From: a virus
Taxonomy: Duplodnaviria > Caudoviricetes
DNA: 64,000 nt
Reading direction: 5' to 3' (one strand)
IMG/VR virus record: IMGVR_UViG_3300032038_000003
Span: 1-64,000 of that record
The position numbers were made by a program, and so were the translations under genes. Each line of letters opens with the position of its first letter. Position 1 is the first letter of the stretch. Below the pieces are notes generated by a model, which made no database searches, was not told the origin of the DNA, and saw nothing but the letters and a program-made list of their open reading frames with translations. Shown one piece after another: positions 57,996-64,000 of the stretch.

Positions 57996-58805
57996 TTGTG
58001 TATGAGGAACTTTACAAAACGCCTTTCTGAGTTTATAAACCACATTCGAACCGACAAAATACGACAGCGACAGCTTTGTGCTGTCGCATGTATTTTCGGA
58101 ATGTTTATCGTATTACACGTTTATAGCTCAGAGGCACATTCTCTTGATAACGCTGATAGCGTTGAAGAAGAGAACATTACAGTTGTATCGAAAACTGCTG
58201 ATACAGCTTATACTCCTACTGCTGGCATTAATGCCGAATTAGGCAGAATTATGCGAGAAGTAAAAGCAGAAGAATTAAATGGTGATATCGAACCAAATGA
58301 AATCGTCCTAGTAATGGAAGAAGAAGTAAAAGAACCAGAAGAAACAAAGCCTGTCAGAGAGAATATCTTATATTACGTCGTAGATGACGATTATACTTTT
58401 TATCTTGATAATGAATATCAAGACTATCTTTGGAACAAACTTAAAGAATACAACAATACGGAGTTGTATGAAGTCTGTCTCGCCCAAATGTATCATGAAT
58501 CACAATTTGAAAAAGATGTAGTAAGTGCTACTAATGATCATGGCTTATGCCAAATAAATGCTGGTAATTATTCATGGTTACACGAAACATTAGGGATAGG
58601 CTCACTTGACGATCCATATGATAACATAGATAGTGGTGTATATATCCTTGTGACTAATGTGGAAAAGTATGGTAGTATAGAAGAGGCATTAGTTGCATAC
58701 AATCAAGGATATTGTGGAGAAGTAAAATCAACTAAGTATAGTAGATGCATCTTAAACCATGATATGGACTGTCTGCACATACTGGAAATCGAAGAAACAA
58801 ATTAG
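57996..58805 (+). CDS. Membrane-anchored lytic transglycosylase (SLT domain)
   Basis: HESQF, GLCQIN, DPYDNI, ALVAYNQG. Confidence 0.85.
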   Translation: MCMRNFTKRLSEFINHIRTDKIRQRQLCAVACIFGMFIVLHVYSSEAHSLDNADSVEEENITVVSKTADTAYTPTAGINAELGRIMREVKAEELNGDIEPNEIVLVMEEEVKEPEETKPVRENILYYVVDDDYTFYLDNEYQDYLWNKLKEYNNTELYEVCLAQMYHESQFEKDVVSATNDHGLCQINAGNYSWLHETLGIGSLDDPYDNIDSGVYILVTNVEKYGSIEEALVAYNQGYCGEVKSTKYSRCILNHDMDCLHILEIEETN

Positions 58806-58825
58806 GTAGTTAGGAGGAAAGCAAT

Positions 58826-59317
58826 ATGATTGTTCAGTGTTCTGTTGAAGAAGTAACAAAAGTAATTGATTATGCAAGAAGTGGTAAGTTAGTTTACCTT
58901 AAGGTAGAAAAGAAAGATGATTTCTTAATCATGAATTATTCATTGATTGATGAAGTTCATAATGAATCCGATATTGAACGGATCAAGAACGTCCAGAAAA
59001 CATCTATCAAGACCACTTTCGACTTAATCAACAAGCTTACTCAGCTTAACGATATAATCGTTAAAGACATTAAGCCGCAAAGTTATACTCTTACATATGA
59101 ATGTAAAGCTAATGCAAATGCTCCAATATACTCTCACTCAAGTATATTACCGAATGGAGTATTCGACGTACAGACAAGACAGGCAATTAACGTCGATTGG
59201 GATAATGTCTTTACTGATAAGCTTGAGGAAATCGTGCCTGGATTATACAGTAAGAAATCTTCTAAGAAGTATGTTCCAGTGACGTACAAAGAACTTATTG
59301 AGATTTTACGTAACTAA
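58826..59317 (+). CDS. Hypothetical protein
   Basis: ORF with SD. Confidence 0.7.
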   Translation: MIVQCSVEEVTKVIDYARSGKLVYLKVEKKDDFLIMNYSLIDEVHNESDIERIKNVQKTSIKTTFDLINKLTQLNDIIVKDIKPQSYTLTYECKANANAPIYSHSSILPNGVFDVQTRQAINVDWDNVFTDKLEEIVPGLYSKKSSKKYVPVTYKELIEILRN

Positions 59318-59325
59318 CACCAAAA

Positions 59326-59574
59326 GTGGTAAAGATTATGAAACATGAATTGTTCACTGATGACAACGGTGAGAACATAGTTGTCATAACTGAGTGGGGA
59401 ACGAAGCAGAAGACAGAAAAAGAGGCTATTCGTTATGCTGCAAACTATTATTTCAAGGTTAAGAAAGATAAGTTGCAGTGTATTCCAGTCTATATGACGG
59501 ATAAGAATGCAGACGAGATCCACTTCTCCAACAAGAAAGGTACTAAAAAGTACTTGGGCGTGTGCTATAAATAA
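59326..59574 (+). CDS. Hypothetical protein
   Basis: ORF. Confidence 0.6.
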   Translation: MVKIMKHELFTDDNGENIVVITEWGTKQKTEKEAIRYAANYYFKVKKDKLQCIPVYMTDKNADEIHFSNKKGTKKYLGVCYK

Positions 59575-59599
59575 TTATTATAGAACAGTCTAAGGTATA

Positions 59600-59613
59600 C
59601 CACCTATCGGTGG
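59600..59613 (+). promoter_or_regulatory. Hairpin promoter candidate 18
   Basis: CCACC-TATC-GGTGG, GAA at +12..14, intergenic. Confidence 0.7.
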
Positions 59614-59695
59614 CATTGGGAAACATTAGGGGATATCTATTAACAATGGATATCCCCATTTTCTTTATTTTTATTTATAGAAAGGAAAAAGTCAT

Positions 59696-60616
59696 ATGAA
59701 GAAAATAAAATCATTATTAGGATTATGCCTAATCCTATCTCTTGTAATGATAGGATTCCCTGTAAGTACAACGGCACATGCACAGGAAAACAGTGTTGTA
59801 GTAACACATGAAATGCTTGGAGATAACAATACAACAGAAGTTGTTCGTCTTACAAGTAGAGTAGTAGAGGTTAAAGACGGAGCGTTCTCTGGTTTAACCG
59901 CATTGAAAGAAATTCGTGTTGATAGCGATAATCAATATTATGCTTCGTGTAACGGATGCTTGTATAACAAAGATTATACTGTCTTGATATGTATTCCACA
60001 GAATACAACCAGTATTCAAGTAAAAACCAGCATTACAAGTTATACACCACATGCATTAGATGGATTGGCACAATCACGTAAAGATGCGTTAAATCAGTTT
60101 TTAGGCATAAGTGGACCAACTGAATATTCTGGAGGTAGCAATACTACAACAGCTACACCTACAGATAATCAGCCACAGAATAATCCAGTTGTAACACAAC
60201 CTACAAATAACAATACAGATTTCTCACAGTACGTATATACAAATAGTAACGGACAGAAAGTATTTAAGTATACTGGTAGTGGTAATTCAAGCATCATTGT
60301 ACCAGAAGGAGTAGAAATTATCGAAGGCTTTGCTCCTGGATATGGTGATTTTAATGATGAAATTACTTATGTATATTTACCAAGTACATTAAAAAGAATG
60401 TACACTACTGGTATGTATTGCAAAGAAAAATATAACTGGGATACTAATTGTTATAACGTATTATACCAGTGTAGAAATTTACAAAAGGTTAAGGGTGGTA
60501 ACCATGCATACCAGTGCAATGGAAATACTGTTACAAGACCTGGAAATATTACGGTATGGTCAACAAGCGGATTAATACCATACGATTCGCAGCAATATTA
60601 CAATTATAACAGATAA
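59696..60616 (+). CDS. Secreted BspA-type leucine-rich-repeat protein
   Basis: Signal peptide (AHA); AFSGLTALKEI..NGCLYNKDYTVLI; IIVPEGVEII. Confidence 0.75.
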   Translation: MKKIKSLLGLCLILSLVMIGFPVSTTAHAQENSVVVTHEMLGDNNTTEVVRLTSRVVEVKDGAFSGLTALKEIRVDSDNQYYASCNGCLYNKDYTVLICIPQNTTSIQVKTSITSYTPHALDGLAQSRKDALNQFLGISGPTEYSGGSNTTTATPTDNQPQNNPVVTQPTNNNTDFSQYVYTNSNGQKVFKYTGSGNSSIIVPEGVEIIEGFAPGYGDFNDEITYVYLPSTLKRMYTTGMYCKEKYNWDTNCYNVLYQCRNLQKVKGGNHAYQCNGNTVTRPGNITVWSTSGLIPYDSQQYYNYNR

Positions 60617-60633
60617 TAAGGAGATAAAACGGA

Positions 60634-61569
60634 ATGGATATCAATTCATACACAGAAGAGATTGCGAAAGCAATTAGTGAACAGAACGAAAACTTAATAG
60701 TTGAAGTGTCGGACGTACAGAAGAACAATGGTCTGATGCTTAAGGGTATTACAATGCGTACCAAAGATTGTAATATCTCACCAGTGATTTATACGGATGC
60801 ATTTTATGAGCATGAGCTTAGCACAGATGAAGCTGTTTCAAAGATTATGGAAATCTACAATGCTCATAAAGATGGCATGAGTAATTTTGATGCAAATATC
60901 GTGCAGAACTTTGACGCTATCAAAGATAAGATCGTCGCACGAGTAGTTAATAAGAGCCGTAATGAACTTATTACTAACTCATGTCCTTATGCACAGTTCG
61001 GTGATCTTATAGTGATGTTCGTTATTTTCGTTGAACAGGGAGAGCCACTTGGCGGTACAGCGTCCATTAAGATTACCAATGAGATGATGAATTCGTGGAA
61101 GGTTAATCTTGGACAGCTTATTGCGGCGGCATATGAGAACACCAAGAAGTTATTACCGCTTGAAGTGATTACCATGTCAGAAATCCTTAAGCAGATGATG
61201 GAACGTGCTGGTGGTTCATCTCTAGAAATGGAGACAGAACTTGCAGCTCCAGACCATCTTATGTATGTGGTTAGCAATACATCAAGACAGTTCGGTGCGT
61301 ATTTCCTTACCGACAGAGAGGCTTTGATTAAGGTTGCTTCAGAGATTAAGGAAGATCGGTTCTTCATTCTTCCATCTTCAATACATGAGATGATTGTGAT
61401 TCCAGAATCACAAGTAGAGGACACAGACGGCTTAATGGCAATGGTTAAAGAGGTAAACGCTACACATATCGCTCCAGATGAAGTGTTGGCAGACAATGTA
61501 TACTCTTTTGACGCAAAGACAGAAGAGTTACGTACTATCGATGGTACAATTATTCCATTTATCGCTTGA
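60634..61569 (+). CDS. DUF5688-like protein
   Basis: KNNG..ISPVIY, FILPSSIHE, MVKEVN..LADNVY. Confidence 0.8.
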   Translation: MDINSYTEEIAKAISEQNENLIVEVSDVQKNNGLMLKGITMRTKDCNISPVIYTDAFYEHELSTDEAVSKIMEIYNAHKDGMSNFDANIVQNFDAIKDKIVARVVNKSRNELITNSCPYAQFGDLIVMFVIFVEQGEPLGGTASIKITNEMMNSWKVNLGQLIAAAYENTKKLLPLEVITMSEILKQMMERAGGSSLEMETELAAPDHLMYVVSNTSRQFGAYFLTDREALIKVASEIKEDRFFILPSSIHEMIVIPESQVEDTDGLMAMVKEVNATHIAPDEVLADNVYSFDAKTEELRTIDGTIIPFIA

Positions 61570-61594
61570 TATTGTAACGATACTTTGCTATAAT
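61566..61594 (+). promoter_or_regulatory. sigmaA promoter with extended -10
   Basis: TTGATA-17-TATAAT preceded by TG. Confidence 0.7.
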
Positions 61595-61628
61595 TGTAGC
61601 ATAATATTACAGAAAGGTAGATTACTGT

Positions 61629-64000
61629 ATGAAAATCTTACATATAACAGACTCACATGGTACAGCGAAATCACCAGAATCAAGGACAGATGTATATTAT
61701 CTGTCCTTTTTAAAGAAAATGTATGAACTTAAATATGTCATTCAGCAAAATGATATTAAGTTAATCATACATACTGGTGATTTGTTCCATTCAGCAAGAG
61801 CATCGGATAAGTTCGCTGGTCAGTTAGCAGAGATTATCAAATCATACGGTATCCCTATGTATGTAGTTCCTGGTAACCATGATATTGAAGGTTACACAAT
61901 CAATACTTTAGATCAGACAAAATTAGGGTTATTATATAAAACTGGTGTTGTAAAAGAGCTGGATAGGGGTAAAAACCCTATCCAGCTCAAACATCAGAAA
62001 GAGAATCTGAATATAAGTATTGTTGGACAAGAATACTATAAGGATATCGATACTGGTGACATGAGCGACTTTGAGATGCGTAACAATAATCCAAATGCCA
62101 ATTTTAATATATTGGCTATTCATGGATATCTATGCAATTCTCCGCAGCATCCAGATGTTAAATGTACTCAGTGTAAAGATATTGTGACAGACGCAGATGT
62201 TATTCTTGCTGGTCATTTTCATGAAGCATTTGAATATCATGGTGCTGATTTTAGTGTGTATAATCCTGGTTCTATGATGCGTGTTGAACAAACAACATAT
62301 AATAAGACTCATTTGCCTCAATATGGTATTCTTGAGATTACCAATAATAATGGTGTAGTTCAGCACACATATACAATGCATCCATTTAAAGTAGCAGAGC
62401 CTTCAGAAAAGGTATTCGATTATACTTTAAAGAACCAGAAGAAAAAGACATTAATTACACTTGAAAATTTCAAGAACAGTATTGCAAATACTAATTTCAA
62501 TTCGAATCTTAACACGTCTATTGAGAATATTATCAGTAGCGTAGCTGGTAACTTATCTGTTACACAGGATATTATAGATAAAACAATTGATGTCTATCAT
62601 GATGCTTTGAATAATTCTCCAGACAAACTCGAAGTACAGCAAGGTTATATTGCTGATGTCAGCAGAAAGATAATCAAGCACGTTGAGATTAAGAATTTCC
62701 AGTCTCACGAATATACTATTGTAGAGTTTAAGGATGGATTGAATACCATTATAGGCGAATCTAATAGTGGTAAAACAAGTATCTTAAGAGCAATACGATG
62801 GTGTCTTGATAATGATCCTAAAGGATCAGACTTTATTACTACTGGAAGAGACGAATGTTCGGTTACTGTCGTGTTTGATGACGGTACTTCTATCATTCGC
62901 AAAAGGACTCGTAATGATTCTGGTACGTATGATGTAGTAGGAAAGACTATTCAGCCAGACGGTACTGTATCTAAATGGACACAAACGTATAAAGGATTTG
63001 CGAATAATCTTCCAATAGAGATTATGAACATCCATCAAATGCCTAAAGTAAATCTTACTAAAGATATATGTACGCATCTGAATATGATGTCTCAGTTGGA
63101 TGGACCGTTCCTTGTTACAGAAAGTCCTCAAGTTAAGGCAGCAATTATTGGACGTTTAACTGGTACTCAGATTATTGATCTTGGTATTAAAGAAACCAAT
63201 AAGAAAATCTTGAGTAATTCTAAGACCATTAAGACATATACTCAAGAAAAGACAGATAGAGAAAACGAATTATTCAGATATCAGTATCTGCCATTTTATG
63301 AACGTTATGTAAGAGGATTCGATTTGATTTGTAAGTATTGCGAATCAAAGATGAATACCATTACAAATGTCGAAATGATTCTTGATGAATTATATAAGAG
63401 ACGTAAAATGATTAACGACATAACTAATAATATTGTTCAGATACAGAATAATATTGATATGTATAATATCATGCTTGCCATTAAGACATATATGGCAAAA
63501 CAGTTAGAGATTATTGATATGTATAATGAATTAAAGGATACAATGTTACATATTAAATCTCTTCAGAAGCAGATAAAATGGTTAATCATTCTTACATCGT
63601 TCAGATCTTTTGTTGACGCTACAAACTTGAAAGTAGGATTATATGGACAGTTAACGAACGGTTATACAAGAGCAACCTCATTACATCAGCAAATATCAGA
63701 TAATACTAATTTGTGTAATAACCTTACAGCAGAGATTACAGTGATAGAAACTGCAAAGAAATGCTTTAATGATATTTACAAATATGCACAAGTATTATCG
63801 CAAGATATCAGTAATACTAAAGGCGTATATGACAAATATGTTATTCGTCGTCAAAATGCTAATCAGCAAAGCGATATTGCTGTACAGTGGAATGTTGAGG
63901 TTAATCATCTTACAAGTCAGATAGAAGAGTTAACCAATCAACAGAAACAAATAATTAAACAGAATAATATCTGTCCTTGTTGTGGACAAAAGATTACATC
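61629..64000 (+). CDS. SbcD/Mre11 nuclease fused to SbcC/Rad50 ATPase, runs off window
   Basis: TDSH, TGDLF, GNHD, GHFH then in frame KNFQSH, GESNSGKT, and CPCC zinc hook. Confidence 0.85.
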   Translation, partial: MKILHITDSHGTAKSPESRTDVYYLSFLKKMYELKYVIQQNDIKLIIHTGDLFHSARASDKFAGQLAEIIKSYGIPMYVVPGNHDIEGYTINTLDQTKLGLLYKTGVVKELDRGKNPIQLKHQKENLNISIVGQEYYKDIDTGDMSDFEMRNNNPNANFNILAIHGYLCNSPQHPDVKCTQCKDIVTDADVILAGHFHEAFEYHGADFSVYNPGSMMRVEQTTYNKTHLPQYGILEITNNNGVVQHTYTMHPFKVAEPSEKVFDYTLKNQKKKTLITLENFKNSIANTNFNSNLNTSIENIISSVAGNLSVTQDIIDKTIDVYHDALNNSPDKLEVQQGYIADVSRKIIKHVEIKNFQSHEYTIVEFKDGLNTIIGESNSGKTSILRAIRWCLDNDPKGSDFITTGRDECSVTVVFDDGTSIIRKRTRNDSGTYDVVGKTIQPDGTVSKWTQTYKGFANNLPIEIMNIHQMPKVNLTKDICTHLNMMSQLDGPFLVTESPQVKAAIIGRLTGTQIIDLGIKETNKKILSNSKTIKTYTQEKTDRENELFRYQYLPFYERYVRGFDLICKYCESKMNTITNVEMILDELYKRRKMINDITNNIVQIQNNIDMYNIMLAIKTYMAKQLEIIDMYNELKDTMLHIKSLQKQIKWLIILTSFRSFVDATNLKVGLYGQLTNGYTRATSLHQQISDNTNLCNNLTAEITVIETAKKCFNDIYKYAQVLSQDISNTKGVYDKYVIRRQNANQQSDIAVQWNVEVNHLTSQIEELTNQQKQIIKQNNICPCCGQKIT

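Noticed and set aside
2601-63131. Minus-strand and overlapping alternative-frame ORFs in the ORF track
   Set aside because: Shadows of long + strand genes, without SD sequences or recognisable motifs.

Overview
64 kb segment of a large dsDNA bacteriophage genome, probably infecting a gut or rumen Clostridiales/Lachnospiraceae host (inferred from DUF5688-type genes, sigmaA promoters and Firmicutes SD sequences). All real genes lie on the + strand under genetic code 11, and no virion structural genes are seen. The window runs from an early region, through a tRNA/large-ncRNA region, into the replication/recombination module (PcrA, SNF2, beta clamp, DnaE, 2 SSBs, RecA, Rad52-like annealer, SbcD-SbcC fusion). 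The main candidate new system has two parts. (i) A YonO/RdRP-like two-barrel RNA polymerase is split into two in-frame ORFs, the second carrying a Rho_N-like nucleic-acid-binding head. (ii) At least 18 co-oriented DNA hairpins have freely covarying stems, an almost invariant C-TA(T/A)C-G loop (cGWTAg on the template strand) and purines exactly 12-13 nt after the loop; they look like N4-style hairpin promoters. Other highlights: a ~735-nt closed-stem ncRNA (ROOL-like), several tRNA-like RNAs with deleted or expanded anticodon arms, an NlaIII/IceA-like R-M cassette bounded by inverted repeats at tRNA-Lys, two cargo cassettes flanked by ~85-93 bp direct repeats, an AcrVA2-like protein and a tandem cystatin-like protein. 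All family assignments come from motif recognition by eye; no database searches were run.
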